Source: Lingula anatina (lineage: Eukaryota; Animalia; Brachiopoda). Taken from it: a stretch of DNA of 64,000 nt. Numbering within the stretch: the first letter of the stretch is position 1; each line of letters starts with the position of its first letter. A model generated the notes under the pieces. The model did not search any database, was not told where the DNA came from, and saw only the letters and a program-made list of their open reading frames with translations. A program made the translations under genes and the position numbers. The DNA is taken from the NCBI GenBank assembly GCA_051362555.1, contig CM120649.1, forward strand, positions 17,870,567-17,934,566, written 5' to 3'. Positions 11,596-25,957 of this stretch are shown here, piece by piece.

Positions 11596-14500
11596 CTCTG
11601 TCATCCTCCACCTTAGCAAAAAAAAAAAAAAAAAAAAGAAAAAAAATTTACATACAATCAGAAATCTGTATCACACCATCCTGAATCAAGATCATAACCA
11701 GAAATTTGAAGTTTCAGTTTTAAAGCTTTGTTTTGGCTGACCCTTGGATGAATTTGGTTTATATTTTGGCATGTCGATTTTATTTGAGTCAGTTGTATGA
11801 GAAACTTGTAGAAGTCAGTTATTGAATTCCATTGTAAACCTTAAAGTTCTATCAGTGATGCCCCCCCCCCTTTCAAAAAGAAAAATGGTGTGCCTTTACT
11901 TATTTTCATCGTTTTCCTGGGTGAACTGAATTTGATTTGTTGCTTTTAGACTTAAAACTGTGCAATATTAACAGCTTTGTAAATTGTTTTCATTTTTTCC
12001 ATGGTTAACTGCAGGTTTTACTGAACAAATGTCATTTATTCCAATTAAACGGGGAGGTGGTTGGAATGCTGGAGGCAAGGATCAGATTCCAGATGGGATT
12101 TTGTTTTTCTTTTTTTTTTATATAGCCTTTTAGGATACAGGATATAATGAGTAAGCTAGAAATCTGTTTGGCTCTTGATATTTGAAAAAAGAAAATTGAA
12201 AATAGCCATTTCATATTTGTTTTCCCAAAAATCTCTATTGTCGATATGGCTAAACTGTGCATCAGTCTCAAAAGCTTATATCCTTTAAATATGATTGAAT
12301 TAATGTAGGCTCAAAAATTATTTGAAGTCTAAGAGAAGAAAGTGATCTGCAAGAAATGCATGCAGTTATTTATGCTCATAAAGTCAAAAGAAGAAAAGTG
12401 AACTTCAAAATAAACATGTTTAGGATATTTTTGAATTCTGAGCTGGCTAGAGTGAAGGTCTGGGTCCAGTGGAAGGAGCAGTAGAAAAATTGTTGAAGCA
12501 TCACATATTTTCTCTATTTGTATTTTTTTCACCAGAACATCATACTGTTGGCTGCTCCTGATATGTTTGTTAGTTTTTACTTTTGCTTCATAGTTTGTCT
12601 AGGCCCAGTAGATTGTACTGAGAGTAGAATAAATTCATTTGCGTTCATTTTGTAATGTTAAATTTAATCATTGTATCATATTATGTAGAGAATGCAATTA
12701 TGTTCAAGTAATATGTTAGTAGATGAGACACCCTTCTACAACTTCATTATTGTAGGTGATAGAAAATTTAAAATTTAATTTTTTTGGAACCTTCCCTGAG
12801 TTTCCCTGGCTTGTCCTCATTGACCTATATCCCCAGGCTTTGTAAAGTAAGACAAACAGATTCTTGTCAACCAATGATAAATGGTTTCATAGTACAACTA
12901 GAAATTAAATAAAGTTTGTGGCAGCCATGGTTTGTTTCACACACATTTATTGAACAGTGAAGGGAAAAGTTTCTTTTTTCTTTTTTTTTTTTTGAAAGAT
13001 AACTAAGGGGTGAATATTACACATTAATATCAGTTTAAAGACAGATTCAAGAACAAAACAGATTTGGAGATAAGCTAAACAGCTGATTGATGAAGATAAT
13101 TTTTACAGGAGATCACATCCCCCACCCTTTTGGATATTTATGTTTTAATCTTGTTGTCATTTGTTTTGTTTAGTATTATCCCTCACCATGAATTATGACA
13201 TCTTGTCTCTGAGTGATGGGGTCAGGTGTGTCCTGTAATTTGCTGCCCCCTAGTGTTTAATTTATAACCTCTGCATGGGGTTTTCTAGTTTCAAGTAATA
13301 TTGTTTCTATGGGATATGATGTTTTTGTCTTCAACCTGGGTGGTAGTCGTTTATTTCAGAATAACAAGACGTATTTTGTCTTTGCTCAACCATGCTAATG
13401 TTCAATAATTGTTATGATGCAAGTTATGAAAATGCTTGACTTTTTATCCACAATATTTTCCCCTTTCAATTAAAAAATGCATTCTTCCATTGGCAGCAAT
13501 ACATATTGGATTGGCAGTCATAACTCTAAAGTAAAACATACCCTCTTCATCTTAATTTGCAACAATTTGATAAAAGGTAAATGAAATTATATGAATTTTC
13601 AGTTTTGAATAATTCTCTGATCCAAGCATTTACTTGTCATTAATCATTATGATAATTCTTTTAGTAAATGATCTTTTGGATAATGACTTAATATCTGAAT
13701 CAAAACATTAAGTACTATCACCTGTGCCAGGTGTTGTTTTTACCTTCTGTTACCTTATTTGGGTCTGGGCTAGCTCTCTGAAGTTCTGCTACCAGAGGTG
13801 ATGTGAGGTGGGAGGAGTTCAACGTGACATGTTTATGAGGCTTACCATAGACCAGATAGGATGAAAGACACAAACATCTTTCCAGGTGTCTTCAGCTGTG
13901 TTTACACTTGACTCAGTGAGTTTAAGGCTAAAACAGTCCAAATGGGATAATAATAATAATAATAATGATAATATTTCCGAATGTAAAACCCAGATATGTA
14001 TATTAGTATTAACAATGTAAAAAGAAAAAAGATGAAAGAAAAACACACACACAAAAAAAATGTGATGGCATGGATTATCAAATCTTTTAGAGAAGTGCTA
14101 TTTTTCTGCAGAACTAAAGAAAAAAATGCAGATGTTCTTATGAAAGTTTTCAGAAAATCCAGTGTGCCGTCACTCAAAGTTGTTCCTCTGCAGTCAATGG
14201 ATTATGTCAGTTCTTTCATAAGCAGGGGCTGTTTACCTGTGTACACAAAAATGTGCTCAGTCATTCATTTCAAAGACCTGGCCTCAAGACATACATGTTT
14301 CATCTCAGCAGTATGTGTAGTAGGGATAATGTTTGAATACGTAAGAGAAAGGTTATGATCATATTTTGAAAAAAAAAAAAATGTACATGCAAGTGAATGT
14401 TTTGATGTTGTTGCAATTGTTTATAGGTTCTCTTCTTATCTTGACAATGGTAATATTTAGGTATTGTATGCAGCAAAAACTCCTGGCATTTAAGAACGGG

Positions 14501-17500
14501 ATAATAAGCCATGTTTTTTATTCATATTGAGTTGGTTTAGTGCCATATACTCCTTGCCTTAAAAAATCCTGACACAGAACTGTGCTTGCTTTTATCAAAG
14601 GCCACACATGTACATTCTAATTACTGCAAATGATCTGTTACTGAAAATAATCAGCAGCATCAAAACATTTCCTTAGATAAATGCAAGTGCATTTAATGGA
14701 TACTCCTTACCCCTGTTTCCATTTGATATGGGTTGGTCCATCTTAGTACTAGTATGGACTGTCTGAGAGAACTCTTTCACAGGTAAGCTTATAGTAGGCC
14801 AAAAGTTGGTCTAAACTTTAAGACCAAAACTTGAGTCTACTTTGAAGCAAGATGAATCAGTAGTAGTCCGTACTTAGTTAAATATTGCACCAGTTTGTAA
14901 CAGAAGAATACAGACTTATGTATCCGACCAAATTTAACTTGATTGGGCTTCTTTGCATTTAACTGTTACTGTAGCTTGAACAGAAACAGAAAAACGGCAT
15001 ACATGTTACCTAAATTACATACAGTACTAGGTAATGGTCTTGACCACAGAAAAATTGATTTTGTTTGAACCTGTTGTTAGTTAATCGTAACACAGATGAG
15101 ATCTGGTTAGATTTTTTTCTTAATTATGATCTAATCTTAAAGCAGACATAGGTCAGATCAGGTTAGGCCAGCCCATTTTCTCTGGAAACAAGTCCTATTA
15201 CCCTTAAAATTACCCAGAAATGCGCACTTCCTCCTTGTTTGGGTGTGATAACAGAAAGCTTTCTGCGAATTTCTGCCTAATGTTTGTGTACCTTGAAAAC
15301 ATTTCCGCTTGGTAAATTATACAGTTGTGTGCTCTTTTTGCACCAGTTGCTTTCCATTTTGCCAGAATTTCTCTTCAGAATTAACTTGCAGGAATTTACA
15401 AGGAATTCGGTAAAGAGTGTGAAAATATCTGTAGTTTGCTCTGTTACTGGCAGAATTTGGGAGTGAACAGTCTGAGCTAGTATCTGTTAACATGATAAGA
15501 TGATTCCCTTGAAACCTTTCATCCACCAAAAGTACTAGTAAGTGACCCTCGGGTGTTGGTACAAAATTACCTGCTTAATATTATTTTACCTTTAAATTTT
15601 ACCGCTTTGAAAGCCTAACTTCTCTGTCCCATATTGCTATTATTTGACATGAATAATATTTAATATCTTTTAAATAACTTGTTCATTTTACAATATAAAT
15701 AATGTTAAAGGTTAGATTATTATAGTGCATCTGTATCTCTCTTTGAAAACTCCACAGCTGTTTTGATGTAAAGATATTAGAATATGTGCCTTTTTCGCTG
15801 GAGAAAATTACCTGGCAATGTTTGTGTATTTAAAAGGTCTTCCCTCATTGAAAACCTCACAGTTGTCTGAATGTTAGCATAACTTGGCAGCAGAACACAG
15901 CTGTTCCTAGAGACCATCTGGGCCAGCCAGTCTGAACCACCGTTGCCCTGACGACCTGCACCTGTGAGCACAACAAGGAGTGTTTACATGTGGCATCTGG
16001 TGCTGTGCTAACGCGATCCAGGCTTACACCAACGCTTGTAGAGCCAGGAAAGGAATTTGTTGACTGTGTTATAGTATATGTTGGAATTGAAAATAAATGA
16101 ATATGACATATAATTAAATTAAGAGAAAAATTGATTTGATAGTGGTGCAATCCAGGATTGCAGATGGAGTGAACCACATTTGGGATGTGTAAACTGGACA
16201 ACAGAGGTATGCCAAACAAGCCAGTCAAGGTAGTATAAACCTCAGCAACTTAGAGAACGAGGGCGAGGAGGCACGCTATACCTCTTCTGTGTTTTGGTGG
16301 TAGCTGTAGAGGTAGTATTTCTTCTCTGGATCTTTGTACGCTGTCAGGTACTGTGGGATGTTCTGAGGAATTTTACTACTGTAAGTAATAGCTCTTGGAG
16401 GAGGAAATTAATTGTTGTTGACTAGAATTATGTGCTTATTGCGTATCTGTTCCTATTTGGGTATTTAATGACAATATTGTGCATGTAGAAATAATAAAAA
16501 AAGGTATTTAGATATTTTTTTGGAATTTAATGGTTCGACAGATACTTGTTCATTACTCTGAGGAATTTTTATGTTGCTGAAGTCCATATTTTGAGGTACT
16601 TGATTAGATGTTAAGGTCTGCTTTGAGCACTGGTTTCAGTGATTGAGGTTTGTTTTCTGAGGTACTTGGTAGTTGCGTGCTTGAGGTTGTTATTGTAGAA
16701 GAACCAGTAAGCAAAAGAAGCTGATGTTCTAAGTAATCTTTTGCTTGGTGAGGTCCATGTAATGATGATTTTAGTTCTTATTCGATATAAAAATATCCAA
16801 CATTGTAAGAACTTCAGAGGCGCATGGTCAAGGAATTTATAGTCAAATTCATCAACTTTCTCCATAGCATATTTCTTATACAAATGGGCACAGGTAAGTA
16901 AGAATCACCTATGCAGACTAAATTCACCAAATATTGAAATTCTAAGGAATTATGCGAGTTGTTAACATGTAATGTTATTAGCCATTTTTAGAATGCCTTT
17001 TCTGACTGTGTTAGCAAGGAATGTTGTAGAACAGCTGGTCTTGTTTTATAGAGTACAGAGGTTTGGAGAGTTCACAGGAATGAATTAGGATTCTAGGTAA
17101 ATACCAGGTGGGTTATGGTTCTGTCCTGTCTTGCCGTGTTGGCATTTTTTGGGTTGAATGAGTTACGGAGGCCTTTGTAGCTCAGATATTATGAGAAAAA
17201 CTTGCAGGAATATATGTGATATTTATGTAATACGTATAATTATCCAGAAACTTTGTTTACTGTGAAAGGACCAGAGGCTGTTTTATTTTATCTGGAAAAT
17301 TACTTGGAAAAACATGCAGAGTTGAACACTGGGAATATTTTATGTAGACACATTCAGAATTAATAGTTGGTTGCACTACTTGGAAGATTTTTTATAGAAA
17401 TAAATACAATCTAAGCCAAAAGGATTATTTCAGACAGATAGATAAAATATATTTTTTTATATATTTAACTAAAAGAGAACATGCAAATATCGGGATTCCT

Positions 17501-17523
17501 TTACAGGATTGACATGACATATA

Positions 17524-17690
17524 CAGGGGCGGATCCAGAGATATATTCAGACAGTCTTCAAATTATCTTTGTTGATCCATCCTCCATTTTTGACCGTCTT
17601 CCCACAGAAAAAATTAGATACCCGTCAATGTAAACTTGAAAATCTGACCATCTTTTGGAAGACCCACAAGACGGCCTCAATCCGCTCCTG
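17524..17690. mobile_element. MITE with CAGGGGCGGAT TIR and 5-bp TSD ATATA (hAT-like)
   Basis: ATATA|CAGGGGCGGAT ... ATCCGCTCCTG|ATATA; internal CAAATTATCTTTGTTGATCCATCCTCCATT recurs at about 20472-20501. Confidence 0.75.
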
Positions 17691-20317
17691 ATATATTTTG
17701 CCATTACTTACAGTGCACATGAACTCAGAGATCTATGTTCTGCGAATATTCGTAGTACAAAAGTGAGATCAAGGCACCTGTAAGATTCCAGGAATAGTTC
17801 CAAGAACAATGAGAAATAGACATGTCCGAGTGCACATACACAGTTAGTGTATATGTTAAGATATCTGAACTGTATTTTAGATCACATTTCCATGGCAAAT
17901 GTTTTAGACTCACGCAACTGTTTTATTTTGCCGATTGCAATAGATTTATCCCTGATTGCAATGTTCAGGTGGTAAGTGATATCAACTAGGTGGTATAGGG
18001 GTGACCTCAGAGGTAGTAGAAGTGGGGTTCGTGTGGAAAAGCTGAGTCTATAGAGGAATAGAAACAACAAAAGTGGAAAGGGATGAATATAAGTTGGCAG
18101 ATTGAAAAAATGGGGAGATATACAAATCAATAAACAGACAAAGGGGGAGATTATATTTAAAAGGATAAGCAGTTGTTGCCCTGCGTTCACATTAGGTATT
18201 GAGAGAAAGCTATATATCTATATCTCTGCCTGAGGCAGTGTCTTCTGACCCAAGCAGTAAAAAAAAATATGATTACAAAAAATGACACAGTAATTTGGTT
18301 TACCTGGATCGAAAGTTGCTCATTATCGTCTTTTAATTACGTAGCTGGTACCTCTCCATCTTGACCCATACCTTGAGGAGAGGTGTATAAGTTATACAGG
18401 GCAAATTATATCACCATGTGCTGCTGTTAGTTGGAGCCAGTATGTCTACCACACTTTATATTGCTAAGGTGTAAGAAGACACACAGTTGCACAGAGGTGA
18501 TAACAGGCTACGTTCTTAGATGGAGGCTTGGGTTTACAAACATACACATGTGTATAGCATGCACCCTAGAAACCAAGAAACACACACAGAACTGTTAAAT
18601 ATCAAGATAATGTTCATTTATCTCTCTTTCCCCCCCCCCCCCCCCCCTCCTCGGTCTCCCTCCACCCTCCACCCTCTACCTCATTACCTGTTTTCCTTCC
18701 CTTATCAGAATAAGTCATTTTAAACTTCAGGATCTACCACACCCATTTAAACATCTGTTCAGACACAGGCCATTTTAGACTAGGATGACCAGATTACAGA
18801 AACTTACCATTGCATCCTCAATCATCCAAATCCCATTTAAATCAACCTAACAGACTAATGTCACAAGTTGGACCAATATTCGGTCCAAATCAGTCCTTGT
18901 CCTAACACACCTGTAGATGATCCATGGGTATTTAAGATTAAGACAATTGAGTTAATTATAACCTCTCCCCCTAGCTGTCAGTCAGATAAAGGGACATGCT
19001 CTATTTACCTATTTAAATAGTATGAGGGGGGAACTAGGCTAGAGTTCATACCGCGCACATACCTTCCCCCCAGCTACTTGTGGACAAGATTAAAGGGCAG
19101 GGGGAGAGACATTTAACACAAGGAAAGATATGTCTTAAGTTGACAAACGCTTGAATACGGAGTTCGGATATTTTGAGCAGGGTTTTAAGGAAGCTGGGTG
19201 GAGAGATTTTGAGAATTGGGATAAAATGAGGTGGGTGAGAGATTTGCTTGTCAGAAGTGTTAAATATCAAAAACTGAATATTTAGTTGGAAATGAATTAT
19301 ATGACAACTCATGCATTGCAAAGGAGTTAACTGTAAAGAAAACATGTTCTACATAGGATCCAAGATAATTTGCTACCTAGGTTCAAGGCACTGTTATAGG
19401 ATTAATATTATGAAGAACTTAGAAGATTTTGGAAGGTTTCAGAAGTCAGATATTATACCACCATGACACAGAATAAAAACATATAAGCAGTGGTCATATC
19501 TGTAATTAGATAGAAAGCAATGGGCTGGGCAGATCAATTCTGTGGGAAATAATTAGTATAAAGACGGTTCAAAGTTAAGATTAGAAGGTAAGCATTTGAC
19601 AATGAAAATTCCACAAGACTCAGTAGTATACATAGACAACCTATTTAGTAATAGAACTGTTTGCCAGGGGATGTACATTTGTGACATGTCATGTTTCCTG
19701 AAGGTAAATAGAGATGGTCTGAATCACAGGTAGGATGGTTGTGCTAGTTCTGTGTAGTATTGATGAAGGAGGCCTTGCCCTGGGTGGGGGGGTGGGGGGG
19801 TGGGGGTGGGGGGTTCAAGATGACAGAGAACAACAGGTTTAACAAAGATGACAAAGAATTTTATATTCCAACATAATTTTAGCATTGGTTTTGATCGTTT
19901 GCAAGGGTGTGTGAGAGCATTTGTGTGTGTGTTGAGATTTTTGCACAAAAAAGACTAGACAGTTAACAAATTCATGATGAATAAAGTCAGATATATCCAT
20001 AATTGTGTTTTCTGAAATGATGGATCATTTTATATGCCTGAGCCAGTTGATACCTCACCAAGATAATATTTTTTACATAAATTTATCCATTATCTTGCAA
20101 TTTCTCATGTTTTGACACTTTATCTTCTAATTTCAGTAAACCCTGTCAGACACATCTCAGAATCAGATTTAATGCTGAGTGGCAGGCATTAATCAGGTTG
20201 TTTATCTCGTGGAAAATCGCACTTTCACACATTCCAGTAACATTGCAACATGTATTAATAACAGAGCGTTTGCACTCAGTCAGCCTTCACAGCTAATTTA
20301 GTCAACCCAGGTCAAGC

Positions 20318-20501
20318 TTAGGGCCTGTTCAGAGGCAAGTTTACCCACAGACTAACTGATCTGTGGATCAAATATGGCTGACCCACATGAAAGATTTCTG
20401 CATAATCCCTAAGTGGATTCCTCACAGAGATTATGCAAGTGCGAATCCAGATATATTTACTGACGGTTTTCCAAATTATCTTTGTTGATCCATCCTCCAT
20501 T
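20318..20501. mobile_element. Composite MITE remnant (family B left arm joined to a fragment of the 17524 element)
   Basis: GATCAAATATGGCTGACCCACATGAAAG matches the family B arm; ATCCAGATATATT...CAAATTATCTTTGTTGATCCATCCTCCATT matches 17533-17588. Confidence 0.6.
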
Positions 20502-23500
20502 ATTTTATTGATAATAATAATATTAATTTTTATAGGCTTTAATGTCCTTGTTATGATTTGAAAAATGAGTGAATGGTGAATAAAAAATGTGAGAATGCAT
20601 AGATGTGTATTAATAAACAAAATAAACAGATTGTCCAGGATAGAAGCCAGTATTTGTCTAGGAACTGGGTTTATTAATGGAGGTTCATCACTTGTTTGTC
20701 ATAATGCGTGACTGCTGCTTCCAAGAAAATTGAACTTGTTTATGAGCGTATCAGTGCATAGTTACTGTCAGCTTAGGACAAAGCTTTGTCTTGGATAGAA
20801 ATTACTCAAATACAGAGTTATGAATCAGGCTTTATATAAATTACTAATTGTAACTTGGAGCCACAGATATGTAACTGCATTTGTCCGAAATAATGACGTA
20901 AACTCCAACTTTTTTGTTTTGATTGCTTGATGCAAGTAACAGGGAGGGTAAAGGAACAGCTTTTTCAGAAGCGTGAACTAAGATTACCTGTTGGGCGAAG
21001 CATGCTAGGTGTGTTTTTCAAGAGGTTGTTTGTTTGACACTTGATGTTTTCAGACTTTGCTGGCTAGAAACAAATTCATCTCTTGAAGCTTGAACTGGGA
21101 ACTCCTCTAGGTGTAATGATTTCTCACTAGTTTAAAACTGAGGCTCTTCTTTATTCCATTAATATTTATTTATTTTAAATTATTTATTTATTTATTTGTT
21201 GTTAATGTCATTATTATTATTACCCTCATCATTAAATATTACATTATTTAATTATTTATTAATTTTTGAAGATTTAAAATTTTGATGTTTTACAAACACA
21301 TACATTTTTGACGCACTCACATTTTTCAGTTATACTAATAGAGCATTATTCTGGGAGGTAATATACACCGAATCTGTGGAGATTAAGTGAGGATTTACCT
21401 GAAAAACTCTTGGATGTTCTCTATTTGTATACATGTACTTGAAATGTGTTCACTTGGCCTTGACTTTCCTGTAGTCTTGTTGATGTTGTTGTGAAGATTT
21501 GTTAAAAGGTTTTTCCTGTCTTAACTCTCTGACATGGATGTTCATTAGGCAGAAAATTCTTTTCACTTATTAGAAAAAAACAGTTAGTATGGCATCATAG
21601 GTAGCTGTAGAAACTTAAAAAGTGTTTCAGTTATGGGTTTCACCTCTTTCTCATTGGTGCAAGCTAACAGTGGGGATCAATCGAAAAAACATATTACAAG
21701 ACTGACGGCACTGCTTGACATTATACAACACTGAAAATCATTTAAGTTCCAAATTTAGGTGGGGTTAACTTTTTAGCGGAAAGGTAGAAGCTCAAAGCAC
21801 AAGGCATATAGCCTTAGATTAAGCAATACACATTGGCACTTAAGCTGTTAATTCACCAGGTTAAGCCAGTGTATCAATTAGACTTCTAAATCTGTAGTCA
21901 AGTTACATTGTAAATAAGTTACAGGTGATTTGATTAGGCTTTGGGTTTTCATAAGGAGCAAGGGCACTTACCATGAAAGGTCATAAATTAATGTGTAGTA
22001 AAGAGGGACGGGGGGGAGGGCTGGGGTGTCTCTGGTATGCTAGATTTTTGTGAGATATTTGAATATTTTATTTTAGTTAAAATAATAGGATATTAGAGTT
22101 TATCATTTATGAGAATTGAAATTCTTGCAACTGTTTGCAAGTTCAAACCTTTCCAAATTCTACATGATTAATTTCTGAGGATTCATTTCAAATAGGAACT
22201 ATGAGTATAGATATTCTGATAGTAGGGTTTACTAAAGGATGCATGTTTTCCTTTAAAGAAATATTCTCTCCTTCGTTTGAAAGGTGAAACATCTTGGTTT
22301 ACAGCAATGTTACAGATTTTCCAGGGGTCGAAGTGATCTGACATTTAAAATGAGAGAGGATGAGGGCACACAAGTTCTGTCAGTATAAGAGTACAACACA
22401 TGGTGACTTTCCCAAATGTTTCACTAAAGTCTCCTATCAGAAAACTTGTGGTGATTTTCTTGAAATCTTTGAACTTATGTGAGTTTTTCATCTCCTCAAG
22501 TAACAGAAAACTGCTCATGATTTTCCTGAAAATTTCAGCCAATGATTTTATCACCTCAGGTATCCAGAGCTGGTGATTTTTCTAAGAATTCACTCAGTGC
22601 CTTCCATTACCCCGAGAATCATAGAAATATTGGTGATTATTCCTTCCACTGACTCCCAAGCAGCATGTCAAAGATATAAAATATAGGGCTGGTGGCAGGA
22701 ATTTTCATCTGGAGAATTTCAGGCTCCGGTTGGGGAAGTTTTCTCCCATGTTTCAAAGTTCAGACTGCACTGTGGAATTAGGAAATCCCAACCTATGAGT
22801 ATCACCTTGACTGAACTCTTTTTGAAGCCGTGAACTTATTTTGTAAGAGTAAGGTTCTCAGTTTTCACTTGTTTTATGTCTGATTGATAGGCATTCAGTG
22901 GCTTTTATTGCAAATGGAACTGAGGAAGTTTGTGTAGAATTTTGAAGGATAATCCAGCAGTATGTTCATGAGTTTTTTTTGTCCACTTAATATGGCATCA
23001 GTGCCTGCTGTTTTTTTTTCTTTTTTTTTAAAGCATTTCCCAGATGCACTTCCTTATAAGTTAGGTTGAGGGATATTTTTAAGGAATACATACATGCTAT
23101 GAATTTCTTAATGACCAGGACAGAGATACTCATGTTTCTACCATTTTCACTTGAGTTTTTGAGAGATGGCTATAGCAGAAGAAGAATATTTTCCTTCTAC
23201 AAGTTTGTGAAGATCTCTAATAATATAATAGGGTTTTGAGTGAACAGATATTTGTTAGGAAAAAGAATGCTAAATCAAGAAAAATTTACAGAGCTGCTTT
23301 TTCCTTTTTTTTCATATCTTTGTTATATCTTTTATTTATTACTCTGCAGATAATCTGTGTATCACATGGTAAGAGAGAGAAAAATCACCAAGTTGCTGTT
23401 GATATAGCCTACTGACACAACGGAAACAAGGATGTAATGGCGAGTGATTTATTATTCTGACACTACAGAAGGAAAACATGTAACAGCGCTCTTTCTCTGA

Positions 23501-24966
23501 TGTTACAGCTGGTTCCCGAAATGATTTCTTAACCTCAGGAGAAAAAACAGTACAACTTTGTTGCTTCAGTACTTGGAAACCCTGGCAAGTAGGGAGGAAT
23601 ATGTGCTTGTTTTACTGAACATTGTTTTTGTTGTTGTTGGAATACTTAAGTGCTGTCATTTGAACTAAATTACTTCTCTTGCCTGGTCAAAATATGGTAC
23701 AAGTACCAGTGTATTCACTGTAAAACTTCTTCAGGAAGTAATCATATTTGAAGGACTTTGCTTCAGTCTGTGATCTTTTCAAGGAGAAATTCACTGGAAC
23801 TTGAGATGTTGGTATCTGTGATCTGCTGCCTTGCCCAGATGAAAGAATCAACCAGTCATTCTGTGATATAACAATTGCTCGAAAAACTATCCTTTTCTTC
23901 GTGGCAGGGTGAAACTCAAGTCGCCATTATCTTTTTAGATAGTGTCTGTTCACAGGAATCCTTTACATTACTGCCATTTAAAAGTAGAAAAAAAAACTGC
24001 CCATCTCTCCAAAGAAAACATACTTTACATCTCAGAAAAAAGTTGTCATTGGAAACGTACATATATGTATTTCTCATACATAAAGATCAACTAAAAAAGG
24101 CCCAACTGGACACCACTGGCATTCACTAACATACAAAGAGCAACATTGCTCCTGCAGAAAAGAAAATAATCCAAAGGCAATGATTAGTCTTATTATGGAC
24201 AACTCATAACCGCAGTGTGACGTATCGGCAGGGAGCCAAATCCTGGAACGCTTTCAGAAAGCGCTCTCAGCAATACCAGACAACAACGCCTGAGAGTGCA
24301 GTATAACATTTCATGTTATCATATCTGCAGAGAAGTAAAGAGAGAGATAAAAAACTTGACCTTTTAATATGAGAACTAAAAGTCACCAGTGCAGGAGTCC
24401 TATGTTCAGATATTTCATTTATTTATGTGTGTGGGGGTGATATGATAAAAGGGAGAGGAGGAAAAAGTGACTTTTACTGAAGCTAATAAGTCAGAATTCC
24501 TCAGGTTGAGACCTTTTGTTCTGATTCATAATTTAACTATAACCTTTCATAAAAAATATAAAAAAGAAAGCTGGCTACTGTTCACACTTTCCTCTATGAT
24601 ATTTTTATGAAGAGACTACATGCCTACTCTAATTTCAAAGAAAAACCGAGCGTAGCATTACACAGCATCGCTAAGGGCACTGACATCACAACATAGCATC
24701 CTGCAAATAAGGCAGCGTGGGTTCTACTGTACTGAGATCTCACTGCCATATGCAGACACGCACGCACACACAGACCCTCTAGCCTCTTGTGGAAGTCTTA
24801 CCAGTCACCTTGCAGGAGCTCTGTGGTAAAATCACCTGTAGAAGGTGCTCTAAGTTAGGAAAATACTTACTCTGGGCCCTGGAATATGAAAAGAAGGGCC
24901 AGGAGACTGGATTAATATTTTAAAGAAATAAAAACAGGCACTGATTATCTCCACAGTGGTGCCAGC

Positions 24967-25101
24967 AACCTGGATTTTTATTAAATAATCAAGAGCATCC
25001 AGAGTACGGGGCACCTGCTGTTGTCCTACAAGAAACTTCCAGAATCAAGAACCTGGATAACTGTTGACAGAAGAAAAGTATCCAGAGTACGGGGCACCTG
25101 C
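24967..25101. repeat. 83-bp-period direct duplication with an identical 22-bp core
   Basis: ATCCAGAGTACGGGGCACCTGC at 24997-25018 and 25080-25101; AACCTGGAT at 24967 and 25050. Confidence 0.8.
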
Positions 25102-25651
25102 ACAGCGTTACACACACATGGTGGTGTATACTGATAATGAAGATGAGCAGGAATGGTGATATTTAGACAGACATGTGAAGAGCAGGTTATTTCTATCTGG
25201 CCAGCTGACTAGGCCAACGCTGTTCTAGTAGAAGACTCACTGAGAGAGAATGAGAGAGAGATTAACCAGAGGGTATAAGACAAGTGTGCTTGGATTTCAT
25301 AAAGATTCTTCTACTTGCTTCGAGCTCTCAGAGTCCAGAGAAGTACATACAGAATAGCGGTTAACTGACAGACTCAAAGCCAGCAAGTTTGTGACAAGGC
25401 TTTCAAAGTTTTTATTCATTTTCTTGCCAGTTTAAATAGTATTTGGGTGGTGGACACTACTATTTCAACCAAGCATTGAACTTTGCAATGTTGTGAAAGA
25501 GAGAGATGGTGACATCTCATTCTGGAAATTCGTTAAATTTGTCAGTTCAGTGCAGGTTTTACGTGGGAGTATCTCAGGGATCGCCTCCGTTGAATATGAA
25601 AGTGAAAGTGCCTTGTCATATTAGTGAAGACACAAGGTTGTATTCAGTATT

Positions 25652-25957
25652 ATGCAGATTAGCTATGCACCGCTTCAGTACGTATGCACACGCATCACGA
25701 TCTATCGCAACTGTCGCATAGACCTCCGTCTGTGCAGGACGATACACTATGGCAGCCAGTGCGCAGCGGGGAGATACCTGCCGCCTGACACTGCCGAACC
25801 GTGTGGAGCGATTCATTACGGCTTTTGTAGTGCTGTGACGTCATTGCCGTTACATTACGTTAGCAGTAACAATGTCAGCAGTAACAATGCCAGGAATAAA
25901 GCACAAAGACGAGAGGCAGTTTTGGAGGCTGATGAGATTGATTACATTGTGTTCAAG
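25652..25957 (+). CDS. Candidate alternative first coding exon of PP2A B''
   Basis: ATG-initiated 102-codon frame ends at a perfect donor AAG|GTAAGT in phase 0, compatible with exon 32159; locally CpG-rich within a CpG-poor intron; no homology recognised. Confidence 0.4.
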
